A stretch of 64,000 nt of DNA from a virus (IMGVR_UViG_3300045596_000094:192001-256000), one strand, 5' to 3'; positions 8,283 through 18,990 are shown, counted from the stretch's first letter. The notes: generated by a model from the letters alone, not told the origin. Program-made: numbers and translations.

Positions 8283-11200
8283 TTAAGAACCCATTTTCAA
8301 GAACGGACCTCGAATGTGGAGGTCACCCCATACCACATGGACCGTATTCCATCCTTCACGAACAAGAGCATCTCGATTGACGACATTACTACTTTGCCCT
8401 TTCCCTTTCCATATCTCAGTTCCATTTAAATATCCTCGAGCACCATTGGTACCGCCAGAGATATAGATTTGGAAATAAGATCCATAGCGGGAAATCGCCA
8501 ATTCTTTATCTTGAATAAAGAAAGTGCCATCCTGAGTAATGTAAACAATCTCAGCCGCCCTATCGAAACGAACGTTACCTGTCCATTTCGTCGGATCAAT
8601 GCCTGCTGAAATAGCTGCAATATCTTCCGATTCCCCAGGGAAACCAGGGGTCACCAGAATAGCTGAACCCACAGCTTCAAGAGATGTTCGTTTCGATTCC
8701 CATCGGGTAACAGGTTCTAACGTCATCTCAGTAATCTCGGTATCACTTGTTACAATACGCCCTAGATAAATACGATCGGCAGTATCCACCTGCGGGGTGA
8801 GTGAGATATCAAGTAAAGCGGTTGTACTATTTGCTGGAGCGTAAATCGCGATATGGAAGACACTGTTTCGCGCATCCGGTTTCACTGTGCGTAAATCAAA
8901 CGTTTGAATTGGTAATGTCTTAGTTGTACCGCGTACGTATACCGTGATTGGTGACGAAACCGTTAAGTTAAATCCAGCAGCAGGGCGTGCAGAACCTAGG
9001 AATATAACTGACCGAGTACTGTCGACAGCACCCCTTTCAGTCAATGGAACAAATGCGTAAAAACACCCGATACCATAACCGGAGTCAATAAACCCAAATC
9101 CGTGTTTTGAATGCCAAGTTGCAGGTTGAGTTACATTCGCAGTTTGATACCCAACAGTGGTTTGCCACGTGATTGCATTTGATGCATTAATATTAAGCAC
9201 ATGAGAACACCAACCATTATAGTTACCGTCCGCATCAGTACTCATATAGTCACCGGCACGGAAATTCACCACCCAAGAACCATCTGTTTTGATATGGCAA
9301 TACCCACCAAATCGTTCATTCTGATTACTTGCATTACGGGCATACCACTGACCGCCGTAGGGTACGCCCGCAGTATCAAGAGCATTGACATCAACGGAAT
9401 TAATAGTGGCGGTATTGTCCGCGGGATCTACTGTAACGTTACATGGTAAAGCGCCCATCCAAATAGTGCAACGCCATTCCCGCCCCGAAGGGTTATTGGT
9501 TGTAGGTTCCCCTATACGGTAGTGGGGGATAATAATCTTGACGATAGCTTTTTGTACACCAACCCCAGGGTAAGGTGCAATAAGTGTCCAGTTCCAGGTA
9601 TCTGATTTATTGACATAATCTTCAGGATACGGTAAAGTATTCCATAGATTCTCCATTGCGGTGTATACTTCAGGGGCACAATAGTAATTTCCTTTAGCCA
9701 CACCGTCAGAATCCCATCCCCATTTGCGTTTACCATTATTGGCATCCCCCTGGTTATGGTGAAAATACCCTGTATGGTAATAGGGCACATTGTCTTTCAC
9801 AACGACAAATGGCCCACCTTCCTTCCCACCTAGTGATGTTCTTTCATTATTTAACTCATAACCTGGATAACTTTTAACGGCAGTTAAATCTCCCCCCGTA
9901 TACATGGTAAACGTTTTAGCTGTTTCTGACCCAATTAATCGGTTCCGTACAACGTTGTACGAAGCTATTAATGCATTGGTCGGGCGATCTACTGTAAAAA
10001 GATTATCGTAAACAATATAGCCGGTACCGGTTGGTTTAGTCGGTGTCGGTGTACCGGCATCCCTATAGTTAGCAGTACCCCAGTTATTCACCCCACGGAA
10101 ATTGTCATCTAGCGTTCCACTAAGGGGGTCATGCTCTCCTTTTGATTTATAGGTGTAGGTTAGATAACCAACATCTGACCCGCCAGGAGTTAAATGGATT
10201 AAACGAGTACCATCACCTAAAAGTTGTGGGATATGCCCCCCAGACCAATAATGCCCACCGTTGTATTCGATCGTCCCCTTACTGTCAATTACAAGGTATC
10301 GATCTTTATTAACAGATATATCCCAACGTCGTCCAGAATTACCAGGTGCAGGAACACACGTGCGAGCAACTGGATCGATCAAGTAGAAAAATAAGGGTTT
10401 GATTGCTACAGAGTTTCGAGCAGTCGCCGATTTATAATGATACGTCGTAGCAATAATTTTACCGTCAGCAGTAACTCCACTAAAGCTAATAAAGTTACCT
10501 GGACTAACACCATTGTAACCGGGGAATATACTCACACCATCCACAACTTTGACCCAGGCATCTTTATCGTTTGGATCAACAGTGGTAAGCGCCTTATGTA
10601 AAATGAAGAGATTGTCTGAACGTGTCTGTACCCCACCCTCACAATTGGTACAGTTTGTGGAAGCAAATGGTAAGATTGCTGCGGTATCTACACTATCTAA
10701 CGATATCTCCGCCATTTTAAAAGCAACTGCGGAATTATCACTTCCTTCCCCGGATGGCGCAAGCATAGCTGCAACATAGATCTTCCCATTCACAACTGCT
10801 GCTGTTAGACCATAGGCGTGTAGTGCGATTAATCTAGCTGAAGAATACCCGGTAGATTGTCCGAGTAGGCGAGTAAAAATTTTGTCACCTAAACGAACAA
10901 CTCGATGGAATTTGGAAACCATAGTACCATTAAGAATAACAATACCATGCTCTTTAAACCCACTCCCGCTGTAGATATCAACCAACATTGCTGTTTCTGA
11001 ACAAGGATATACTGAGCGAATATATTCGCCCGCCGATAAACCGGGTGGGGTGTACGGCACATCGGTATATTGAATAGTTCTTGCAGGCATGTCCTGGTAG
11101 CTTTTCCATAAAGCGTACACCGGACGAATCTCTTCACCATTAGTAACGTGATGTAATAACCGGAGATCCCCATTACCTTCCACGAAACCCGTACTGTGAC

Positions 11201-11606
11201 AAGGTAAAGAGCCGTAAGGATAACTTACCGAGAAGTAAGAACCGGAAATAGAAAGAACAAAGTCACTAGGATCACCAACCTGAGAAATAGGGAAGTTACC
11301 CGCAGGGATATAGCGTTTATTCATCCAATCTTTATCAATTCGAATAGGGTCAGCTGAAGTCCCAGCCCCAATTATTCCACCACCTTCCTTGAATATTCCA
11401 AATTGACCAATTCCGTCTACACGGATATCGTTATAGAAATATTTCTGAATGGCAGCTAAAGTTTTATCTTTAGAGTCGAAACCCCATGGCGAAGTTGCCC
11501 CCACCGTAGATGGGGTCGATACACCGATGAGATCTGAGAGTTTCACAGCAGCAATTGGTGCGCCATTTTTGGAGAACATCTTGCTGTATTGATATTTATA
11601 AGCCAT
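8283..11606 (-). CDS. Tail fibre protein (phiKZ gp131-135-like family)
   Basis: Shared N-terminus and PVTRWESKRTSLEAVGSAILVTPG module; long beta-rich centre. Confidence 0.72.
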   Translation of the reverse strand: MAYKYQYSKMFSKNGAPIAAVKLSDLIGVSTPSTVGATSPWGFDSKDKTLAAIQKYFYNDIRVDGIGQFGIFKEGGGIIGAGTSADPIRIDKDWMNKRYIPAGNFPISQVGDPSDFVLSISGSYFSVSYPYGSLPCHSTGFVEGNGDLRLLHHVTNGEEIRPVYALWKSYQDMPARTIQYTDVPYTPPGLSAGEYIRSVYPCSETAMLVDIYSGSGFKEHGIVILNGTMVSKFHRVVRLGDKIFTRLLGQSTGYSSARLIALHAYGLTAAVVNGKIYVAAMLAPSGEGSDNSAVAFKMAEISLDSVDTAAILPFASTNCTNCEGGVQTRSDNLFILHKALTTVDPNDKDAWVKVVDGVSIFPGYNGVSPGNFISFSGVTADGKIIATTYHYKSATARNSVAIKPLFFYLIDPVARTCVPAPGNSGRRWDISVNKDRYLVIDSKGTIEYNGGHYWSGGHIPQLLGDGTRLIHLTPGGSDVGYLTYTYKSKGEHDPLSGTLDDNFRGVNNWGTANYRDAGTPTPTKPTGTGYIVYDNLFTVDRPTNALIASYNVVRNRLIGSETAKTFTMYTGGDLTAVKSYPGYELNNERTSLGGKEGGPFVVVKDNVPYYHTGYFHHNQGDANNGKRKWGWDSDGVAKGNYYCAPEVYTAMENLWNTLPYPEDYVNKSDTWNWTLIAPYPGVGVQKAIVKIIIPHYRIGEPTTNNPSGREWRCTIWMGALPCNVTVDPADNTATINSVDVNALDTAGVPYGGQWYARNASNQNERFGGYCHIKTDGSWVVNFRAGDYMSTDADGNYNGWCSHVLNINASNAITWQTTVGYQTANVTQPATWHSKHGFGFIDSGYGIGCFYAFVPLTERGAVDSTRSVIFLGSARPAAGFNLTVSSPITVYVRGTTKTLPIQTFDLRTVKPDARNSVFHIAIYAPANSTTALLDISLTPQVDTADRIYLGRIVTSDTEITEMTLEPVTRWESKRTSLEAVGSAILVTPGFPGESEDIAAISAGIDPTKWTGNVRFDRAAEIVYITQDGTFFIQDKELAISRYGSYFQIYISGGTNGARGYLNGTEIWKGKGQSSNVVNRDALVREGWNTVHVVWGDLHIRGPFLKMGS

Positions 11607-11615
11607 GAGTTTACC

Positions 11616-14588
11616 TTAATCCCATAATGTAAATTGTTCAATGTCTGGTCGAGGGGCTGTAACCGGTATAGATGCTCCTCGTTTGCGTGTATTCAAACGA
11701 TACACTCCTAAACGCATGAAAGGTACAGCATCAACAGTAATTGCGTTAGTGGCGTTTGTACGCACGATAACAGCAATCATAGTGTAATCTGGACGTTCCG
11801 CAGAACCCGCAGTTAATGCCGTTAGGTAAGGTTCCCCTAAACGGATACCGCAATATAAATAAAATTTAGAAGTGAGTTGCCCAGATTGATCTGCCGGTAG
11901 CTCTACCGTTTGCGGTGGTATAAATGTATTTATACCTGCCAAGAATATCGGGATATTCTCAGTAACTGCAACAGACCCAGCGGAAGCTGCCAGAGGTGCC
12001 GCTAGTAACATCGGCTCGCTAGCAGATCTCATTGCAATCATTGGACTAATTCCTTCAATATCGACGGGTTCCGACATTTGGAGAATTTTCAACCAACTAT
12101 CCTTAGTTGTAAAACTGACACCATTTACTTTATCAAGATAATAAGTTACAATGCCGAAGTTTGAACTATAGGGGGTATTTAAGATTTCGGCTTCAGAACC
12201 AAAACCAAAACGATAAATACCGTCGCTGTATTTATCCCACCCGTAACTGTACTGCGCGAGGCCAGAGTAAAAGATTGCGATCTTACCAGAAGAAGCTTCT
12301 GCAAAAACACTCACATTCGCAGTATCCGGTTGTTCAAGATCAGGTGTTACCTCGCCATTGTAAGTTTCAATAGAGGTAACTACAGAACCTTTAATTACTG
12401 CACCTAGGGTATAATCGTTATCGCCTTTGATACATTCGGTGATTAAATGAATCTTAATACACCCCACACCAATCGCACCAACTAACGACATACGAACAAA
12501 AGCCTTCCACTGCTTACCGTCAAAGAAAGGTACAACATGGAAGTTACCTTTATTTAGATAATCGTAGTTCTGATTTAACCACTCATTGATGCTACGAAAT
12601 TCCACATAGGTGTCTAATTCGTTGATAATAAGATTTTGTTTACCTGTTAAAGATCCGGTGAAATCCAACTCAACACGTTGTTGTTTGAAACGCTTACCAA
12701 TCTCTGAACGGAGTTCTTCCAATGTGAACGACATTAAACTAAAGCGAGTCGTACACGTGGTATTATCGTATCCTGAAAGGCTATTGAAAATCTCACCCGA
12801 ACTACAACTGTAGACTGTGGAATAACTACTTAAGTTTACACCATCGATATAACGCTGCTCAGTGAATCGTTCAAGATCTAGACTATAACCTTGAACCACA
12901 TCCCCTTTAGCGTTGATGTATTTGTACGTCGGTGTATCGTCAGTAGCAATGTTCAATCCACCTAATTTATACCCACCTACCTCGGTACCTGAGATAAATA
13001 CCATAGTCTGTCCATCACGTAGCTCACCGCATAACGGGATACCTGTTTGATTCGGAGCAATGGTGGCTTTATCATCACTCACGGTACGGATAGTGCATTC
13101 GGCTAGACTGTTTCCATTACTGTCACGCATTGTGACAATTGAGTTGCCCGCTGAAGTTGTCGGTGTAGTAATAGTGAAATTACATTCGCAACGTGTTTCA
13201 ATTGCGCCAGTAGCACCATTCCAATTGCTTTCCTTTGTAACTGGAACAACCATCGAGTAGCTACCATTATTGTAAACTAATTGAGGTTTACCGTCCGAAA
13301 CTGACTTCACCGTTTTATTGACTAAATCAACAACATACTCAAACGCATAGTTAACAATGAACTGTTGTCTAGAACCTGTAGATCTCCGAACATAGAAGTA
13401 AGCTGTACGCGATAGTTTTAAACCGATAGAACCATCATCGTACTGAAATACATCTAAGAACCGATCGAGTGATTGGCCAGATAAATCTAGCGCCTTGAAT
13501 TCTAAATTCTCAGCTTTTACAATACTAAGGTCTAATTCAGAACCAGCTACCCCGTATAATCCACCTGACAATACCACCGCAGAAATGTTATCTAACGTTG
13601 TGCCTTGGAATTGCGATTTAAAACCGGTTATTGGAAGTAAGCTTAGTTTCCCATCAACACCATTCAATCCTTTTAACTTATAAATTAATAAAGATAAACG
13701 ACGATCTGGTTTATCACCGAAGCTCGTGTCAAGGGGAGAGATATCAAAACGGGTGATAAAAACTTCCCCATTCGATTCAAATGCCGTATATTTGAATTTA
13801 GCTTCTATTACCTCAGCATCTAACCCCTTAGCAACATGTTTTGCATATAGGTTGTTCTCTTCCAAAAAGTAAGCGTGATGGTACGCGCCATCCAAACTTC
13901 CGTCAGTCACGACTACGGCTAATTCATCTTTACTGCGGTCACCACTATAGTGTTTTAATTTGATAACTAATAATGTTTTAGATGAAGAGAAGATCTGACT
14001 TACCGTGTAGTCTGATGGATTATATCCTTCAGGTAAGTTAGGGATATATTTATCTTCGGTCGCAGTATACGTAACAACATCATTACCTTCAATGATACCC
14101 GAACCGTAGTTATACGTCGTGTCAAACCCATTAGTGACTGGAACTAAAGTATTGAACCCACCATCTACAGTTGGCGATGCAAATGCAGCGCGCGCTAAAC
14201 CATCAATAGGATAACTGAAGCCTGTAGCACCAGATCCAATTGGTAGAGTTGCTCGAGATAAATTCCCAACCTGTGATACGTTAGTTAGTGCGGCGATAGC
14301 GTAGTTTTCCGACATCCACGGCATGTTTGCTCTTAAAGGATCGCTAGTGCCACCAGTACCTGTTAGACCACCGGCTGGATCCACTGTTCCTAGTTCGGAA
14401 GTAATTCCTGATGTTTTCAAATCTGCCATGATAGTTGTATAAACCATCTGGATAGTTGTGTTTACTGTTTTATATCCAGCTAACCCCTGTGCCCATGGTT
14501 GAGCAATCAGAATAAGGTCAGCATCTTTTAACGCCCCAGCAGCAGGTTGCTGGGAAAACGGTTGTGTGTTCTTATCTAAACCAGCCAT
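11616..14588 (-). CDS. Tail fibre protein (phiKZ gp131-135-like family)
   Basis: Shared N-terminus and C-terminal PFMRLGVYRLNTRKRGASIPVT module. Confidence 0.72.
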   Translation of the reverse strand: MAGLDKNTQPFSQQPAAGALKDADLILIAQPWAQGLAGYKTVNTTIQMVYTTIMADLKTSGITSELGTVDPAGGLTGTGGTSDPLRANMPWMSENYAIAALTNVSQVGNLSRATLPIGSGATGFSYPIDGLARAAFASPTVDGGFNTLVPVTNGFDTTYNYGSGIIEGNDVVTYTATEDKYIPNLPEGYNPSDYTVSQIFSSSKTLLVIKLKHYSGDRSKDELAVVVTDGSLDGAYHHAYFLEENNLYAKHVAKGLDAEVIEAKFKYTAFESNGEVFITRFDISPLDTSFGDKPDRRLSLLIYKLKGLNGVDGKLSLLPITGFKSQFQGTTLDNISAVVLSGGLYGVAGSELDLSIVKAENLEFKALDLSGQSLDRFLDVFQYDDGSIGLKLSRTAYFYVRRSTGSRQQFIVNYAFEYVVDLVNKTVKSVSDGKPQLVYNNGSYSMVVPVTKESNWNGATGAIETRCECNFTITTPTTSAGNSIVTMRDSNGNSLAECTIRTVSDDKATIAPNQTGIPLCGELRDGQTMVFISGTEVGGYKLGGLNIATDDTPTYKYINAKGDVVQGYSLDLERFTEQRYIDGVNLSSYSTVYSCSSGEIFNSLSGYDNTTCTTRFSLMSFTLEELRSEIGKRFKQQRVELDFTGSLTGKQNLIINELDTYVEFRSINEWLNQNYDYLNKGNFHVVPFFDGKQWKAFVRMSLVGAIGVGCIKIHLITECIKGDNDYTLGAVIKGSVVTSIETYNGEVTPDLEQPDTANVSVFAEASSGKIAIFYSGLAQYSYGWDKYSDGIYRFGFGSEAEILNTPYSSNFGIVTYYLDKVNGVSFTTKDSWLKILQMSEPVDIEGISPMIAMRSASEPMLLAAPLAASAGSVAVTENIPIFLAGINTFIPPQTVELPADQSGQLTSKFYLYCGIRLGEPYLTALTAGSAERPDYTMIAVIVRTNATNAITVDAVPFMRLGVYRLNTRKRGASIPVTAPRPDIEQFTLWD

Positions 14589-14631
14589 AATCGTTGTCTC
14601 AAAATAAGCAATTCATAGGATATCGAAGCGA

Positions 14632-14670
14632 CGGCATAACTCCAGTAGATGGGAAATACCCCATCTACTG
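14632..14670 (-). terminator. Hairpin + TATGCC terminator
   Basis: cagtagatggg/cccatctactg at 14643-14670 with ggcata to its left. Confidence 0.78.
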
Positions 14671-14678
14671 ATGTTTGG

Positions 14679-14963
14679 TTATACCAATTTATTGTTCAAG
14701 AAGTTAATCTTTAAACCGTTATCTAAAGTGACTTCACCAGAGAAAGTTTTGTTAGCGACTTCCCAATGTGCCGGGGATTCCACTAGAATTGTATCGTCTG
14801 ATTCATCTGCAAGATCGCCCGCGTCTACTGCGCGAATCGTATCACCCTCAATCGCATATGAAGCATCGATTTCACCTAAACCTGTACATGGGCACCAACC
14901 AGGGTTAATGCCTAAAGCCTGAGCCATTTCATGCGGGATTTTAATTTGATCCGCTTTTGTCAT
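14679..14963 (-). CDS. Hypothetical protein
   Basis: ORF overlapping upstream stop and ending at terminator. Confidence 0.72.
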   Translation of the reverse strand: MTKADQIKIPHEMAQALGINPGWCPCTGLGEIDASYAIEGDTIRAVDAGDLADESDDTILVESPAHWEVANKTFSGEVTLDNGLKINFLNNKLV

Positions 14964-15366
14964 CTTCGGTAGTTCCTTCGTCTGTCACAACACCCACAGG
15001 GTCAGACTCCGATTCCACAATTGGTTCTTCAATTGTATCACGACCTGAAATATCGATGCGCATAATTTTTTGTGGTTGTTTTCCAACTTCTGTTGGAAAG
15101 TATTGAATGTCAATTACATTCATACGTTTAATAAGTGTAAACTGTAATGTACCTAACCCGTTATTTGTAGCGAGCAGTGCTGCTAAAGTCAAATCCCCCA
15201 TAACGGATGTAGACTTTACTGAGTCAATAGTAAACATTCCAGCTGCATTTAGATTTTCATCTAAGGTTACTAAATCTTCCTGAGTTAGTTCAAGCGTATC
15301 TAGTAATGCAAATAAATTTCTTGAGATGACCGTATCTGGGATCAACTCTCGGTTTTTGCTAAACAT
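14941..15366 (-). CDS. Hypothetical protein
   Basis: Start moved to MFSKNR (RBS GGAG). Confidence 0.75.
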   Translation of the reverse strand: MFSKNRELIPDTVISRNLFALLDTLELTQEDLVTLDENLNAAGMFTIDSVKSTSVMGDLTLAALLATNNGLGTLQFTLIKRMNVIDIQYFPTEVGKQPQKIMRIDISGRDTIEEPIVESESDPVGVVTDEGTTEDDKSGSN

Positions 15367-15402
15367 CAGATTTCTCCAATTTACGTCATAGATATAGTGA
15401 TT

Positions 15403-15433
15403 GCATAAACGAGTGTGGGGTAAACCCACACTC
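15403..15433 (-). terminator. Hairpin + TTTATGC terminator
   Basis: gagtgtggg/cccacactc at 15411-15433 with gcataaa to its left. Confidence 0.78.
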
Positions 15434-15439
15434 AATCTA

Positions 15440-15973
15440 TTATGCTTCCACTAATTCCTTAACCGTTTTAGTTTTAGCAGATGCGAGGGTGTAGCTCTTC
15501 AGATACTTTTCAGTAATCTCCAGATGACGACTACCCAAACTATTACCCCAGTCGTATTTCGGTTGACGGGGTGTTGCTACAAAAGAATCCTGATAAGAAG
15601 CAACATCAAAAGGAACTTCTATTGTAATAGCCCCACCAGGCAACCCTTCAATAACAACCAAAGCCGAAGCTGCAGTAGGCGTCCCGAATTGTTCTGGCTC
15701 TTCACCAACCTTACCATTCTTACGCCACTGATTCCAATACGGGAGTTCAGGACGAACGTAATTGAAACGTAGTGATGCTTGAACGAAAGGTGCGTTTGGT
15801 GCGTAATCTACGTCTTCACGTAGATAAACTGCGAAGTGTTTCTTCGCAGTAATGTTGGCTTGCATTTCTTCTTTTAAAGACTGGATTAAAGGGAGAACTG
15901 CTTCGCCATAAATCTTTTCAATGATCTTAGTAGCGTTATACGTTACTAGGTTCACATGGGTTTGTGTTGCCAT
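15440..15973 (-). CDS. Hypothetical protein
   Basis: 177-aa ORF overlapping upstream gene. Confidence 0.8.
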   Translation of the reverse strand: MATQTHVNLVTYNATKIIEKIYGEAVLPLIQSLKEEMQANITAKKHFAVYLREDVDYAPNAPFVQASLRFNYVRPELPYWNQWRKNGKVGEEPEQFGTPTAASALVVIEGLPGGAITIEVPFDVASYQDSFVATPRQPKYDWGNSLGSRHLEITEKYLKSYTLASAKTKTVKELVEA

Positions 15974-16748
15974 GATCCGTACCTTCAGTTTCTGTAGACT
16001 TGTCTATAGGATTTGCCTTAGCATTTTGTTTTACGCTAGGCAACATAGACTCACCCTTTAACCAATGTAATTTCAAACGTTCTGGTGAAATTTCTTGCCA
16101 ACGCCAAATCGCATTAATAGCGACATTACCCGCTTTCACACGCACACAAGGAACAGTGGTTGCAACATTAATTACTTTTGTTGGATCTTTCGGATTGATC
16201 ACTTGGTGATTTAAACACTCGTACCAACCATAGATAGTTTCACGATTAGTTTGCGCTTTAATAGCGATGCGTTCACCTTTGAAGATACGTTCAACAGGAA
16301 GAGCATCATAACGCCAATTCGGATCTTTATCGGTTTCTGGTTCGCGTTCAGCCAACGCTTCACGAGGGATAGCAGAGAAGTTATTGCGGATACCGATAAT
16401 GCCATTTTGCAAAATAAATTCCACAACATTATCTAGATTACGTTCTTGCAAAACATGGTATTCGAAATTCTCAACAAACTCATGTGTGTGCGCTACCGTT
16501 TTGATGTGCGCGTTTCGTAACGGAGCCAGTAAATTGACGATAGCGGTTTTACGCCCTTCTTCATCTAGCTCCTCACTTTTCATGATGTTGATCATGCCAT
16601 CAGTTACAACGTTCCAAGCAGCACCCAAACACTGCATTACAAAATCCGCGTTAGAAACCGGCGGGAAATAATCTTTTTGTTCTTCTGATACGTTTGGAAT
16701 TTCTTTAAAATCAGCGTCTACGATTTCTTGAGCTTTAGGGTCTAACAT
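15936..16748 (-). CDS. Hypothetical protein
   Basis: Start moved to MLDPKA (RBS AAGGA); codon usage like highly expressed genes. Confidence 0.82.
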   Translation of the reverse strand: MLDPKAQEIVDADFKEIPNVSEEQKDYFPPVSNADFVMQCLGAAWNVVTDGMINIMKSEELDEEGRKTAIVNLLAPLRNAHIKTVAHTHEFVENFEYHVLQERNLDNVVEFILQNGIIGIRNNFSAIPREALAEREPETDKDPNWRYDALPVERIFKGERIAIKAQTNRETIYGWYECLNHQVINPKDPTKVINVATTVPCVRVKAGNVAINAIWRWQEISPERLKLHWLKGESMLPSVKQNAKANPIDKSTETEGTDHGNTNPCEPSNV

Positions 16749-16801
16749 GAGAGAGGTTTCCTTATTAATCGAGTTTAAACCATAGTAATACATGGCAATA
16801 C

Positions 16802-16854
16802 AAAAAAAAAATAGATAGAACAATATTGACCACATCGCCGAAGCGATGGGTCAA
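16802..16854 (-). terminator. cUUCGg hairpin with downstream U-rich tract
   Basis: ttgaccacatcgccgaagcgatgggtcaa at 16826-16854; A10 run at 16802-16811. Confidence 0.65.
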
Positions 16855-17350
16855 ATTGGTTTGTTCACTACTTCGTTCAGTTACCCCTAACACCTTACAT
16901 ATGGCCACTATGTCTAGAACATAGTTACTGTGTATCTTAGGCATTCATACTTTCTCAGTGTAGGGTTGATCTGTTGTCTTCTAAAAGACTATATAGAAAG
17001 AGATAACTCTTTTGTTCCCGCATTTAAGGGATTGGCTATTTATTAAGTTTTTGAAGTAGTAAGTCGTTATCTATTTTAGATATCAGTTTGACCTATACTC
17101 GTCCATACGAAATCCTCTTTTCCGCGGTACTGAGTATTTCAAAAGGTAAGCAGAAATCTTTAAATAAATGCTCCACTATTACAGGATAATAATGGAGTTT
17201 CTCCAAAGGGAAAGGTGTGTAGAACAACTCAAACATTTCACAGATACTGGGGAAGCTATAACATTCTTCCCTAAACTCATCTGCGATTGATCTAACCCCC
17301 ACACCTTCAAACACCTCGGAGAGCGCATCTAACAATCTAGATGTGATACG

Positions 17351-17383
17351 ACCACTACCGAGTACGACTACTTGGATAGTGGT
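17351..17383 (-). terminator. Hairpin after the 155-aa gene
   Basis: accactaccgagta/tacttggatagtggt. Confidence 0.6.
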
Positions 17384-17394
17384 TTACCTGCAAA

Positions 17395-17862
17395 TTATTT
17401 CAATAATTCAGCAGCAGCTTCAGCAATACCAGATTTGATACGGTTAATTGCAGCACCATTTTTAGTTGTTTGTTTAACAGTAGTATAACCAACAACTTCT
17501 TTGATTGTCGCTTCTTGACCTTTTTCTTTAGGTGGGATAGAAACTTGACCCACACGTTTAACAGTAACGTCAACAACAGAACTACCGATTTTAGTAGAAG
17601 CATTTACGTGAGAGAGTTCAGCATTTGTTTTTAATACGTCAAGACCTTTTGTACCGCCCGCATGTACAAAAGCTTCTTTATAAAGAACGTCGTGTTTATG
17701 TACGCCATCTGCTTGTTCAACACCAGTCTCACCAAATGTTTCTGGCAGTGTACCATTGTAGGTATCTTTGTCAGAAGCAAAAGTAAGTTCAGAGCCAGTT
17801 ACTTGGAACTGTTCTTGAAGAGATGCAGAAAGATCAAGGTAAGAAGTTTTAGCGTTAGACAT
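17395..17862 (-). CDS. Hypothetical protein, probably highly expressed early product
   Basis: RBS GGAG; strong GCT/GGT/ACT/AAA codon bias; own promoter motif and hairpin. Confidence 0.88.
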   Translation of the reverse strand: MSNAKTSYLDLSASLQEQFQVTGSELTFASDKDTYNGTLPETFGETGVEQADGVHKHDVLYKEAFVHAGGTKGLDVLKTNAELSHVNASTKIGSSVVDVTVKRVGQVSIPPKEKGQEATIKEVVGYTTVKQTTKNGAAINRIKSGIAEAAAELLK

Positions 17863-17979
17863 CGTGTCTACTCCAGTTTGAGATTTTAGAGAGTTTAATA
17901 AAACGTGTTACAATTACATAAGAACTACCACGCCATTTATTTTTAACGTGATAGTTGATATTTACATTACACTACATAA

Positions 17980-18020
17980 GGATAGTGTAGATGTATAATT
18001 TGTTTATCTTTGAATTTGGA
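17980..18020 (-). promoter_or_regulatory. Putative early promoter
   Basis: Minus strand ...aaattatacatcTACACTATCC. Confidence 0.55.
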
Positions 18021-18027
18021 TATTCTT

Positions 18028-18585
18028 TTACCACAAACTACGAAGATTCACCGCTTGCGGATTGCCAACATGCATTTGGGTTCCTTGTTGGATTGCAGCG
18101 CGTTGTTTAGCAGCTTCAATCAATAGAGAATTGTGTTTGAAAGTCATCTCTACGATTTTGGCAAATGTTGTTTCTACACCAAAGAATGATCCAGAGATAG
18201 CTTGAAGCAGTTCCTGACGGGGAACACGATTCAGGTCATAGAACAAGGCATTTTTAGTCACACACTGGATATCAGTATCTTCGATACTTTTGACAATGTC
18301 TGATGGGAATGGTGACCAGCGTTGATTTGAACATACCAGCCACGGCTCATGCGACGATTGTTCTGATTTCGGTAATACAAGAATAGCTAGGTGTTTAAAC
18401 TTTGCTGTGAGGTGTTCCATTAGTGAAAAGAACGTAGCTTGGAGAGCCGGTTCAAAATCCACAGTATAGTAACCAATCACACAACCGTCTTCTTCAGAAT
18501 ATAGGCGAATTTCAGCAGCACCTGAGAACTCCATTACCGCTTTGTCTGGGTTAATGCTTTGTTTAATAATGTCTTGTACGTTCAT
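18028..18585 (-). CDS. Hypothetical protein, paralogue family member A
   Basis: IRLYSEEDGCVIGYY, TAKFKHLAILVLP and WLVCSNQRW shared with neighbours. Confidence 0.82.
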   Translation of the reverse strand: MNVQDIIKQSINPDKAVMEFSGAAEIRLYSEEDGCVIGYYTVDFEPALQATFFSLMEHLTAKFKHLAILVLPKSEQSSHEPWLVCSNQRWSPFPSDIVKSIEDTDIQCVTKNALFYDLNRVPRQELLQAISGSFFGVETTFAKIVEMTFKHNSLLIEAAKQRAAIQQGTQMHVGNPQAVNLRSLW

Positions 18586-18642
18586 GTTAAATACCTTATA
18601 AAGTTAGATATGGTGTTCGAGATATTGAGGGGTAGTTATTAC

Positions 18643-18975
18643 CTACCCTTGGATGCGGATATCTTTAAAGCTTTCCAAGTAACGTGAAGTTACAAGGTGT
18701 TTCTCAGTAACCACTGGATCATCGGTAGGGTGTAACGGGTTAGTCAACATGATCGTTACAGCGTGGGTGTCGTGAATCTGGTTCACATCACGAGCTGTGT
18801 TGATTATTTCTGCTTTACCGTAGTTCTTTACCGTAACCGCCATGCTTGAATGGTTAAGTACAGTTTGCATTTTACCAGAAGAGTGTGTGGTGCCAAATAA
18901 TGATTCTAAAGTTTTCATTTTGATTACCTTGTGTTCTGTATTAAAGATAGAGTTAAAATCGTTAATATCGTACAT
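18643..18975 (-). CDS. Hypothetical protein
   Basis: ORF in operon; RBS AGGGG. Confidence 0.72.
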   Translation of the reverse strand: MYDINDFNSIFNTEHKVIKMKTLESLFGTTHSSGKMQTVLNHSSMAVTVKNYGKAEIINTARDVNQIHDTHAVTIMLTNPLHPTDDPVVTEKHLVTSRYLESFKDIRIQG

Positions 18976-18990
18976 GAAAAAAACCCCTAC

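Noticed and set aside
17093-17335. 80-aa minus-strand ORF as a real gene
   Set aside because: TTG start without RBS and atypical composition; treated as part of a non-coding gap
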